64,000 nt of DNA from Oikopleura dioica (taxonomy: Eukaryota; Animalia; Chordata). Every line of letters begins with the position of its first letter. The first letter of the stretch is position 1. The stretch spans positions 6,262,001 to 6,326,000 of the forward strand of contig OU015566.1 of the NCBI GenBank assembly GCA_907165135.1. The letters are read 5' to 3'. A model generated the notes under the pieces. That model worked only from the letters and a program-made list of their open reading frames with translations. It did not search any database and was not told where the DNA came from. The position numbers and the translations under genes are program-made. Positions 1 to 10,835 of the stretch are shown one piece after another.

Positions 1-1652
1 TGGGGGTCGAGATATGATGGGTTGAGAATTCGACATGTTGTTCCCTGCGCTGCTGGAATGCCGTTTGTGATGCATTTCATGTTGGAATGATAGCAGTACA
101 GCTGCATGCAGATATTTCCATGCATACAGTGTCGGCTGGATGGACCGTAGATGAAGCGGCACTAAAAAATTATGGGTTAAGGATAAATTAAAATCGAGCA
201 TCTTGCAGCCAATCATAACCAAGTATGGTCAGGCTAAGCCAATCATAGACGAGCTACGCCCTTTCCTCCCACCCCATCTATTCCCTATTGTAAGAGCTAC
301 CTGAGCATCAGCATCGAAATTCCGTCCAACAAGGCCCGACCTCCCATCATTGGTATACGCAAGTCCATTCATATTAATCGGGTTATTGAGAAGACAGTGT
401 CCAGCACCCGAATCAAGAAAATTATTAATCGAGTATCGAGAGCACCTTGACCAGGAAAAAGGATACGCGCCGGAATTAATCTGCGGCGCCATGATTTGCT
501 TGTCCACGTCTTTCGAGCAACTCTTCGAGCTGCCATCTTCGTAGCCGTCGTGGTGCATTCCGAAGTTGTGGCCCATTTCGTGGGCGATGATGAATGCACT
601 TCCAAGGCCGACGTCCTGGTTGATGTTGCAGCTTTTCAACGGATTGCACATTCCGTTTCTATGGGCAATTCCAAGAGTGCCACAAGGAATGTTGTGCTGC
701 GAGCAAATGTTGTACCCAGTCAGCAGGATCGCATTGTCATGATGGAGGATTCCAGAGTCATCAGCGACAACAGAATCGACGTTTTTCAAGTTTTGAAAGT
801 TGCAAAATCCATGCAGCGAGTTTTCAGCGTGGTGGACTAGTTCGAGGGCTGGATTGTCTTCGACGAGGACGATGATTCGAACGAGAACGACCTTCACGCG
901 GTTGCCCAGCGTCGGATCGGCGTACAATTCGGAGACAATGTGCATGATCGTTTGTGTGTACAAGTCCACGTACTCGCGCCCGTGGGTCATGACGACTCGT
1001 TTGTCTAGAGTGACCATTGCTTCGACGATGTTTTCATGCGACTCGATAAGGCCATATCGCCTCTGGCTGTTCAAAGATCTTCGTTTTCTTCTTCTTCTTG
1101 GAGGAGGTTCCTCTTCTTCGTCGACTACGCTACAGCTTTCGACGGCGCTTTCAAAGCCCTCAAGCTGCATAAAACTAGATTCCTTTTCGATCATCACGTG
1201 GGGATGCTCCTCATGGTCTTCCATCGTCACATTCCAGAGCGGCTCGAGAAAGTAATCTTTTTCTCTCAGCCTCATAAAACCCTGGAGGCCGTTGCAATTG
1301 CTTATCGCGATTTTTGAATCTTGATGCTCTTCATTTGAAAATCGACCGGAAAAGTGGCAGTGTTGGTGGCGATTTCCAAAAAAGCGCTCAGTAGAATTTG
1401 AACTTTCGAACTCTATCGTGAAATTGGGGTGGATGAAATCGTCTCGCCGGGAGAGCTCCATCCGATGCTCAAGTCCATCGATTTCGACTTGGTAATAAAT
1501 ATTTTTTGGGCTTTCTTCACTCTCTGAACTCGAATCTCTTTTTCTCCGACTTCTTCCGCTTCTGAGGACATTTTTTCTGACAACTTCGCCAAGCTCGTCG
1601 ATTTGGACCGGATGAATGATGTGAAACGAATCTGATCGCTTCAGCAAATCAT
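1..1652 (-). CDS. ADAMTS: ADAMTS-family secreted metalloprotease, partial (runs off the window start; first exon unresolved)
   Basis: Exon 1652-301 encodes prodomain, furin site RRKRR, zinc motif HEMGHNFGMHHD and Met-turn IMAP. A GT-AG intron (300-162) follows NFDADAQ. Exon 161-1 encodes CRFIYGPSSRHCMHGNICMQLYC (disintegrin-like domain). Confidence 0.92.
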
Positions 1653-2826
1653 CTAAAAAAGAAGGATCATTCTGCGAGACAGAATAAGAGAGCGAAGCTA
1701 CGGCTTTCCATTACACAAACACTCGAACTTTTCAACATCAATCTTCTCTGCCGATCTTTCCGGCGCGTCTAACTAAGATGAATCTATAATTAGAAGCCAA
1801 GGTTGCCAGTCAAGTTTTTTTTTTCAAGTCAATTCTATCATGAACTAAGCAGATGATTGTTAATTAAATCAGTAGTCTATTAGACAAGAAAATTTTTACC
1901 TTGCCGTTTTCGAATTTCATCGGAGTACGCGTCAATTACCAGAGCTAAGTTTGACCAAAGTTTTATTGCTGAAAATTTGGTCAAAAAACAAAATATAATT
2001 TAAAAAATTTGACCTCTTGAAAGGACCATTTCGACGGATTTCGACGCAATTTCTTTACAGAATTTTCATTTTCAAAAATAATTTCTTCTTTTTTCTGTAT
2101 GTTTTTTCGTTTCTCGTTTGGTTCTTCTTTTTGAAGAGGTGATGTTCTCAATAATTAGATTTTTTTTTCAATTGTTGGGAAGGCTGAATGGGAAGATGTT
2201 TATCCTCTTCGGCGGCTGCCCTCCCGCGTCGATCACGGCCGCCCTTGTTTAGAGCGCTCGTCGGAATAAAGCTTTATGTATTTGAGAGTTCAATGTCTTG
2301 GCGAAACGACGATGAGGGCGAAGTAAGGCAAAAGTTTTGAATAAATGAGGAGAATTGAGGAATTTTGTTTTTGGGAGAATTTTCAGAGAAAAAAAAAAAT
2401 ATTTTTTTTACGAATAAAAAAAATTCTTGGTTTGAAAGCAACAAGGAATAAGCCTTGATCAAATTTAAACATCCCCTCGTCGAGCATTCCTGGCACACAA
2501 TCAGTTAAAAATCAAAATCACAAAAGATTTTTATTAGAGACAAATGCTTCCTGGAAAACGTAAAACAGAATCAAAGTGATAACCGCTTCATTGTAACCAT
2601 ATTTTCATAAGAAAAATCATCAGCTGTCGTTTTTTTTTCTTTTTGACTTTTCAGTGATTGAACTTTCGCACTTGTCAAATCGTAAATCAACACTCATAAG
2701 GACACATGTTTTTTTTTTAATTAATTTGAGTTCGAAAATTTATTGCTTTTGAATAATTTATTCGGTTGAAATCACGAATGTCAGGGTTAAGCAGTCAGAA
2801 CCACAGTGAAAATTTTGATCGATGAT

Positions 2827-4200
2827 TTAAATTGGGATTTCTTCGAAGGTTTGATAGTAGAAGTTTCGGACGAGCATGCCGGTAGCGGAAGCCATGAAGT
2901 TGTTCGAAACGAAAACTTGGAGATCGTAGCTCTTCAATTCCTCCGTCGCAGCGTAGGTGCCGGTGTGAAGTTGGGTCTCCCCATCTTCGTGGTGAATCGA
3001 ATCGTTGATGGATCTGCTTTTTCTTGGCGGACTTCTACAGAGAAGGTAGCCCATTCGCCAGGAGCGCACTCGTAATCGCCCGAGTACTGAAACTGCGAGA
3101 GGTCGGCAGGGTCAGTTACGGTCAAATGAAGTTTGGTGTCTTGGCCGGATCGCTTCCAAAGACCAAAAGTTCGATCGCCGAGGTTTTTCGCATTGTTTCC
3201 TCTCGTCACCTGGAAAAGATTCTCCCAATTTCCGGTTCGGTACAGATCGCAAAGGACGTCAGCCGAGAATTTGTAGTTGAAAGCTCAGAATCAATTTCAA
3301 TTAATATTTTTAAGATAAAAATTAACCCGATGAGTTTGATTATTATGAAATTGAAATCCCTTCCTGAGGAGACAGTTGCGAGCTGGTTATTTCTGATTGG
3401 CGCGATTTCGCAGCCATTAATGAAGGTTTGACAAGAGGCAAGCCCATCGCATGGGTCATTGTTTGCGCAGGGAGGAAGCGTAGTTGCTGCCTCAGTCGTT
3501 GGCTGGGTCGGCGGCTCAGTTGCTGGCGCAGTTGATGGTTCAGTCGGTGGCTCCGTTGGTGGCTCAGTGGATGGCGCGACGGTGGTTGTCTTTCCCACAC
3601 AAGAGCTCTTCCAGGCGTCTCTGTTCCATTTGGGATTGTTGAAGACTCCTTGGAAGCAGTGAACTCGACCACTGACGCTTCCATCTTCGCAGACAACCTG
3701 GTAGCTCGCTCGTTTCTTGTTGATCTTGTTGGCAAGCTCGAGTCTGCCGTCCGGGATAGCAATCGTCTCAGCTTTGGCGAGGCATGGATGAGCAGGCTTG
3801 GCGGAACATTTCAGCTCCATTCCGACCGGAAGATTTCTGAATTAAAAATCAAAAAATGATTTTGAAATTCGAAAACTTACTTTCTGACGATCGTAGCTGG
3901 ATCTCCGCATCGAGCCATAAATCGGGCGGCATCTTTTTTCGGCTTGGAAATCGACTTCTCTGTCCAGTCAGGAAGGTAGCCTTGGCCGCAAATTGGATGG
4001 CATCGGACCTTGGATCTGGTTTTTCCATAGCCTGGGCAAACCCACGATCCGTTCTCGACAGGAAAGGCAGCTCGAGTCTCGTCGACCTTGGAGTCGCAAA
4101 GGACTCGTCGACTCTCTCGTTCTTCGGCAGTCAACGAGGCGTACTGCTGGAAGTAGCCGGCGTTAGCGATTTGAGCCAAAAGACAATTCAGGAGCTTCAT
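2827..4200 (-). CDS. Secreted protein: signal peptide, CCP/sushi-like Cys modules, T/P/E-rich stalk, C-terminal lectin/LamG-like module; one apparent frameshift
   Basis: ATG 4200 MKLLNCLLAQIANAG; GT-AG intron near 3870-3830; PTEPP repeats; GA-AG intron 3363-3284; module WENLFQVTRGNNAKNLGDRTFGLW...FVSNNFMASATGMLVRNFYYQTF needs one extra base near 2986. Confidence 0.7.
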
Positions 4201-4450
4201 TTTCGAGATTTGCTTTTTGATGAATTTTCGTTTTTGACCGAGTTTTTAAAGGGAGCAAGCATGTTTTCACTGCAACTAGAACCGGCGGGGGCGACATAGC
4301 GCTCTTCCAGGGAAACACACATTTCGATAAGCTACAAGTGCTTCTCAAGAACAATTCCAAAATGATAGAAAATAGACATTTTTCGTAATATTTTTAAGCA
4401 TAAACTTTATTTTTTATCTTTTGCTGACGGTAGTTTTACAATAATATGAC

Positions 4451-4655
4451 TAGGGCCGACGCGCAAAAAATCAACCCCAAGAAAGCATCAACGTTGAGAG
4501 CTGAAACTTCGGGATATAATGTAGTTCGACCACGTGACCAGACCAAAAAATTTTCAATAACAATTTTTTAGTTGGGTCGAACTACATTATGTCCCGAAGT
4601 TTCAGCTCTCTACGTTGATGCTTTCTTGGGCTTGATTTTTTGCGCGTCGGCCCTA
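4451..4655. mobile_element. hAT-like MITE
   Basis: About 81-bp near-perfect TIRs starting TAGGGCCGACGCGC; perfect 8-bp TSD AATATGAC (4443-4450 and 4656-4663). Confidence 0.9.
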
Positions 4656-5561
4656 AATATGACCTGTTTAAATTTAAGTAAATTTTTGTTTTCTTAGAAA
4701 TTCTTAAAAATCTTCAGAAAATTAAATTCACTTTTGATAGCATTTTTGGTTTGGCAAATTTTTCCGGGCTGACGCATAACTAGAAACTGCGCTCGCCAAA
4801 AACGTTATTAGTGAGTACAACACGTTTTTCCCAAATTTTGTTTCGCTAATTCAGTTTCTAGTAATACGGGGTCTCAATTTTTACGCGGAATTTTCGATAT
4901 CTTGTTCAAAATTTGAGGAAGGTTATCCATATTGATTCTGCCGTTCATTCGAAATCTTCAGAAATTTTCAGAAAATTTTATTTTTTTCACCGGCGAGTCT
5001 TCTCAATCCTTATCTGCTCACTTTTTAGACATTTAATTTAGACACGATGTGACCTAGGTCTTCAAGCGAATATTGACTCGTAAAAGTAGACAAGCATCAA
5101 TGTTTCTCTCTTTGTAGCAAAAACACGGCCGCTTGTTTAGCCATAATCTCTTTACGAAAAGCAAGGCAAAAAAGAATTCAAGCACTCAATTATCCTCTCA
5201 AACAAAGTGCAGTGGAAAATTAGCCATATTGTGACCCACGTCTCCGAAGCAATTAGAATTTGGGTCAGATGTTTGTATATGGGACACAAGGTGTCTAAAA
5301 TCATTTTTTCTACTTATTTGAAGCAATGAAAATGTTGGTCATGCGTTTAAAAATGATCCGACAATACTTTTAAAGCATTTAAATTATTATCTAAATGCTC
5401 CCTTCCGGTCTGCGCGCAAAAACTAACAAACTCTACCATGAGTCGCTAAACTTATCGCTTCCGGTCTATTACTATATTATACTGCGACTCCAATTCAATT
5501 TCTAATTTCAAGAGTGAAGCAACAAAGAGGTAGGCATTGAGATGACGCTTTTTTGAGGGTT

Positions 5562-5837
5562 GGGGACTCGCAGTACCAAAGTTTTTTGGTACTGCCAGTA
5601 CCAATTTTGGTTTTGGGAATACCAATTTCGGCTTTTTGAGTGATATTTTAACGTAATATTTCAGTCGGAACAATAGTAGCCGGGTAAAAAGATGTGTATC
5701 CTGTCTGAATTAGTTAGTTTGTTACCACAGAACCCGCGGACCGGGTGTTCCTGGCTGACTAAAATTTTGCCTTGCCAAAATTGGTACTGGGAGTATCAAA
5801 TTGGTACTGGCAGTACCAATTGGTACTGGGAGTCCCC
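5562..5837. mobile_element. Inverted-repeat (MITE-like) element with internal CAGTACCAA/TTGGTACTG repeats
   Basis: Ends GGGGACTCGCAGTACCA and TGGTACTGGGAGTCCCC are inverted copies; several subterminal repeats; no clear TSD. Confidence 0.7.
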
Positions 5838-5954
5838 CCTTAGTCGGCTGTCTTCAACTTTCTTACTTCTGACTGCAGGATTCATAAGCCAGTTTTCCAA
5901 TATTTAAAATTTTCTATTCTTTTGCGAGGTTCAGGATTCTGCACCAATTACTTC

Positions 5955-6071
5955 GGGGGTACTGAATGTGCCGCCCTGCGCCGTCCGGTCCTAAACCTAC
6001 CCAAATATTTTCGGCTCCGGCGAGACCGGGTGACGCTGGGCGGCGAAGGGCGGCACAATTCAGTGTCTCCG
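5955..6071. mobile_element. Short internally deleted member of the GG-ended, 8-bp-TSD MITE family (also at 7883 and 16862)
   Basis: TIR GGGGGTACTGAATGTGCCGCCCTGCGCCG versus CGGCGAAGGGCGGCACAATTCAGTGTCTCC; flanks ATTACTTC / ATTTCTTC match 7/8. Confidence 0.75.
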
Positions 6072-6375
6072 ATTTCTTCTCATGATTTCCAAGACGGAAT
6101 CTACGAATCAGGAATTTTAAGAAGCGTAAAAACGATAAAAGCTTTGAACCCTTACCATAATGCCCACCCCTGTCCTGCGCGCAAAAGTAAACAAATTTCA
6201 AGACTCGCTTAGCGCACACCGTCGACTAAGCCGCTTCCGGTTTAGTACCTTTTTTATACTGCAGGGCTTATTTACTTTATAATTGCTAAGACTGAAGCAA
6301 CATAGAACTTAGCAACGAAAATCGGCTTTTTGGGTCCTTTCTTCTACATAAGATGAATGACTGATTTTAGGAAAA

Positions 6376-7498
6376 ATGGCCGATAATGAAATAAAAGACA
6401 ATTTCTACGACGACCATGATGATCCGTATGACGGATATCCTGAGTCAGAATCTGACAATTATTCGGACTCGGTGGATGGCCACGATGATACTTCTGAAAT
6501 CATCGATCTTTTAGGATTGCAACTTAATGAAAGCAATCAAAAGTAACATAGAAATTTTTAAGGATAAATTTTCATTAAAATTATAGCGCGGTATTCGGCG
6601 CGACCGTTGTTCCGGAGAAACAGGATGAAAATGAGGATACCGAGTTGGATGTCAATGCTGTAGTAGATCTTCTTAAGCTACGGGAAGAAGCTTTGGAAGC
6701 CGGGAGACAAGCCTGTTTAAAGGAGACCAATATGTATCGTTGGAGGCATAAGAGAACCGCTAGATTGGTAAGGAGAATATCAGAACAATAGCATTTTATT
6801 ATATCCAAGAACATTATATCGTCAAGTTCAAATGAAATAGCGCAAGCATGGGCAGAAGAGCTTGCATCTGGGGCCGAGTTTCGCAAACAAATACACAAGT
6901 ATGTGACTCTCTTTTTTACATTTAAGGCCCCCCCCCTTATTTTCAATTAATAAATTATCAATAGCGATTTTGAGGGTAAAGGAGTCGCCATAGACCCCCG
7001 AAAAATATATCCTAAAAATCCATTTTCGGAGTCAAGATTATGAAAAGCCGATTATCGATTTTTCGAAGAATGTTGACGGGAGGGGGGTTCCTTAACGCAG
7101 TTATTCGTAGGAGAAAATTTTATGATGACGGGCAAAATATCTACAGGGGCTCGATAGAGGGATCTGTATCCAACACAGGCTCAAAAGAACTTTACGAAAA
7201 AATTGCTAAAGAGGCCGTCAAAACATGGTATAGCCAAATCGATAACTACGATTTCGAGACGCAAGATAAAAAAGATCCCAATGGCGGAGAAGTCGACTCT
7301 TTCTGCCAAACAGTTTGGGGAGAGTGCCGCTTTTTCGGAGCGGGAATCGCGCTGTCCGACGACTTGAAAACTGCTTACGGTAAAAGTCGTTATTTCATCT
7401 TTTTGAACGATATAATTGAAGTTGTTTGTCGATACTTTCCGGGGAAACCAGTGCATACACCATACAATCGATACCGGAACGTTAACGTTTTAAAGTAA
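6376..7498 (+). CDS. CAP/SCP/PR-1 domain protein (GAPR-1/GLIPR2-like) with acidic N-terminus
   Basis: Five exons assembled: MADNEIKD...; CLKETNMYRWRH; AQAWAEELA; GQNIY...AVKTWYSQIDNYDF...FCQTVW...GAGIA; VVCRYFPG. Confidence 0.85.
6926..7091. mobile_element. Kolobok-like MITE inside a CAP-gene intron
   Basis: TTAA on both flanks (6922-6925, 7092-7095); ends GGCCCCCCC and GGGGGGTTCC are imperfect inverted repeats. Confidence 0.65.
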
Positions 7499-7536
7499 GG
7501 AGAAAATAGTTATAATGATTCAGTTATTTATGTCTA

Positions 7537-7541
7537 TTTAG
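7537..7541 (+). promoter_or_regulatory. Putative SL trans-splice acceptor for the second CAP gene (similar sites at 6365-6370 and 10829-10834)
   Basis: TTTAG lies 4 nt before ATG 7546, only 47 nt after the upstream stop; there is no upstream donor. Confidence 0.5.
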
Positions 7542-7545
7542 GGGG

Positions 7546-8748
7546 ATGAAAGATCCTACCCCGGTTGCCAAACCAGTGGAGCCAGTAGTTCAAATGTAAG
7601 ATTAAAGTAATTAAATATAATATTATAAGATTGTATTGATAAGAGACCCCTATAAAGAAGCTCAAACTGCTGCACGCGAAGAATGTTTAGCAGCGCACAA
7701 TGAATATCGTGGAAAACACATTACCGTTGGTGGAAGCAACATGGTATGAGCGATTTCAATGATAAGCTTTATTTTTTTAATTTTCAAGTATTTGTTTGGC
7801 CCGCAAACCAACAAAGCACAAAAGGTGGCCGACAAACTTGCCTCTGGTCGTAGCTTATTGAAAAGGTGAGAAAGCATTTTTTGGGGGGTACTGAATAGCG
7901 CCGCCTTGCGCCGCCTTGCGCCGCCTAGCGCCGCCTTGCGCCGCCCTGCGCCGCCCGGTTCGGTACAAAGCGGGTCTCGTCTGACCAAATCCTGACCAAA
8001 CTAAATGATCAGAACAAGAGCGAAAGTTGGGCCCCGCCAACCCGATGAGTTCTCTACCAGAAAATGCGCGCGTAAGGGCCTTTGGCCCGTCGCGTGCTTA
8101 ATAAATTGATGATTTGATGCGAAAATCTGGAAATAATTTAGACTCTCAATAATTACACCCTAAATTATTAGTTTTCTTTTTTCTGGTGGTCAGATTATTC
8201 AAATATACGAGAATAAACGTTTTGATAAGAAAACAGAAAAAAATCATCATGGAAACGCCGAAAATCTTCGATAAGAAAAAATTTAAGCAGGACTGGGCGG
8301 CGCAAGGCGGCGCTATTAAGTGACTCCCCATTTTTTCGTTATCTAATAGGATTTTTAAGGGAGCGGACTGGACATAGCATTTACGAAGCTTCAGTAGATG
8401 GTTCCGAGTCGGTTTCGACCAAAGAAATTTTGCAAGAAATTGCGAAAAATGCCGTGACAGATTGGTATAGCCAGATCGACAACTACGATTTTGAGACGAA
8501 TGGAAAGAAGGATGAAAATGGAGGAGAAGTTGACTATTTTACCAGACTTGTCTGGAAAAGCAACAAATGGATCGGCGTTGGGGTAGCGATGACGGAAGAT
8601 CGAAAATCTGCATACAGTGAGTAATCGTTTTTTAAGCAATGTCGGGATTACGAATTGAATTTTTAATTGTATTTTAGTTGTTTGCAATTACCGGGCGCAG
8701 AAGGGCCTTCCAACAGAGGAGCATGAGAACGTTCTTCCCGTCCAATAA
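7546..8748 (+). CDS. CAP/SCP/PR-1 domain protein, tandem paralog
   Basis: Exons: MKDPTPVAKP; CLAAHNEYRGKH; AQKVADKLA; SIY...AVTDWYSQIDNYDF...YFTRLVWKS...GVGVA; VVCNYR; TAA at 8746-8748. Confidence 0.85.
7883..8328. mobile_element. GG-ended MITE (Merlin- or hAT-type 8-bp TSD) carrying a conserved 88-nt structured core, in a CAP-gene intron
   Basis: TIRs with (GCGCCGCCTT)n subterminal repeats; perfect 8-bp TSD CATTTTTT (7875-7882, 8329-8336). Confidence 0.85.
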
Positions 8749-9052
8749 GAAAAAAGAAGAGACCTGACCAAACCGAGCAACAACTTTATTATCGGATACA
8801 GTCATTCTAACGCGAATAGAGCCGATATATTCAGATAAAAGTAAATGTTATAAATTCAATCAAAAATTCTGTTATATTTTCTTGTTTGTCTATATGTAAC
8901 TGGCTTTTTCAGGACTTAATAATAAGTTATTATTAATAACATGGAAGTGCATTTTTAAATAACCAACAAGATTGCTGTATTAGGCCTACCGACCAATCAA
9001 AATCCTGATTTTTTTCATGCTTTGATTCAAATTTATTTTCAAAAACAAATGA

Positions 9053-10648
9053 TTATTTCTGGATAACTGCGACAACGTCCGCGTAAACTAGAAAAAGATT
9101 TGCCACTAGTAGTGTTATTTCGAACTTACTTGGGGGAGGGTCGTTCTTGCCGACTTCGATGACGGTCAAATCGTCTATGATTGTATGCATCTTGTTGCCG
9201 GCTTCGATCCGGGCGAGTTCGCGCAAATGACCTCTTCGGTGTCGCTTTTGCCGGAAAATGCAGCGAACAATCGTCAGCAAGACCAAGATTGAGACCAAGA
9301 CTGGGATGACGATCACCATTGTCCTCGCAAAGGCATTATTTTCTGAAAAAAGGCTTTTGTTAAAATGAAAGGAAGAAACGTCGCTTACGAACAACTCGTC
9401 GACATTTGGGAATAATCTCATGATCCGTGGGGACCTTTGGATCGGTCATGAGCTTCGAGCACATTTCTAGCGTCGGTCGCTTCCCAAGACAGGTCTGCAC
9501 GAAAGTTGGCGGGGCTTCCGGTTTCGTGTGCATATCAAGTTTGCGCATCATCAACCAGTTTTCCCAAGTTGACAGTTCTCCGTTCTTTTGCGAGGTTCAA
9601 AAAATTTTGAAAAAAAAAATCTTGTCAAGAAAACCTAAAAAAAATGCACCAGAATTGTCAATATTCGGCGACAAGCAAAATCAAAAAATGAAAATCTGAA
9701 CCGTTCCGGAAAATAATCAGCATTCGCAGTGCCCCAATAGTAATCGCTGAATTCGTCGGCGGAGCTGAAAAGCATTTTCGGATCACTATCTTCGCTCATG
9801 GTAATCTCGACTTCGAACGCTTTGTTGATCTCCGCTTTTGCAACATGGATTCGGTCGTCGTCATTCTTGTGGAAGACCCAATCTACGAATAAATAACTCA
9901 AGGAAAGGGGAAATAAACTAACATCGCTGTGGCACAGCTGGTGATGGAAGTCGAAAGTCGATTCCAACAGCTGGATCGACAGTCATCGTCACATACAACT
10001 CTTGAAACGCCTGTTCTTGCTCGTCAGTGAGCTCGAATCGATGCTTGAGAATCGTCATATCAAACGCAGTAAAAGACTCGATAAAGCTCTCTAAGACCTT
10101 ATCTCCGATTGCCTTGTAGTTCTTCTCGTCGAGTTGGAACTCTTGAAAGAGACTCCGATGCATATCGAGGGTGTCGATGTAGTCATTGAGACTGATCGTC
10201 CCGAGAAAAAATTTATTCGCGCTCACCGTGTACTTCTCCATTTTTCACAAACTGAAGTAGTCGTAGCTGTGGATCGAAACCTTTTGCAAAAGGTCGAGGG
10301 ATTTTCTTTACGACTCCTGAGGTTTTGAGGAAGATATTTGGAACCCTGCTTACCCGTTAACAGAATCGCAAATTTGTTGAGCTGAGCTGGCTGAATGAGC
10401 TTATGAGTCACTCAGCTCAGCTCAGCTCAATGATTTTAACACAATTTCATTACTACAAATAGAGTAAAAAACAGCTCAATTCAGCTCACCCAGCTGAGCT
10501 CCAATGACGGTCTGCTCACCTCAGCTCAGCTCAATGACTCATTGACAACGACCTCTGAAAAAGTGCAGCTCAGCCCAGAGAATTTTTCACGCAGGTCAGC
10601 TCAGCTCAGCGAAAATAAAGCAAAATTTGCAACTCTGCCCGTAGACAT
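9053..10648 (-). CDS. Uncharacterised multi-exon protein with a C-terminal-region transmembrane helix (could be two genes; 5' end uncertain)
   Basis: Chained exons with GT-AG introns (e.g. VV|gtaagc...tttcag|); hydrophobic MVIVIPVLVSILVLLTIV followed by basic RCIFRQKRHRR. Confidence 0.5.
10361..10637. mobile_element. hAT-like MITE with CAGCT subterminal repeats
   Basis: Ends CAGAATCGCAAATTT / AAATTTGCAACTCTG; flanks CCCGTTAA / CCCGTAGA match 6/8. Confidence 0.75.
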
Positions 10649-10835
10649 GTCCGTATTACATCACTTTATTTAAAGGAAGAAAACCCGGTTGTTTTGAAAA
10701 TAATCGGAGTTCGATCAACCTATCACACTTCTGAAGCATGATCAGCTCAATATAAAATACTCCAATCTGTCCCGAGAGAGCCTTTCTTTATTTCTTAATT
10801 TCTTCAACTACCGTTTTCAAGAGATTTCTTTCAGA

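Noticed and set aside
350-1317. Plus-strand ORFs opposite ADAMTS, and similar shadows opposite the protease (47090-48417), WASP (49560-50954), porin and PP1
   Set aside because: Antisense or alternate-frame shadows of well-supported genes with no independent motifs.
8013-8100. Known ribozyme (hammerhead, HDV-like, twister, pistol) or snoRNA in the conserved core
   Set aside because: CCGATGAG resembles the hammerhead CUGAUGA but is CCAATGAG in the other copy and lacks a correctly placed GAAA. I could not build the required topology for the other classes on either strand.
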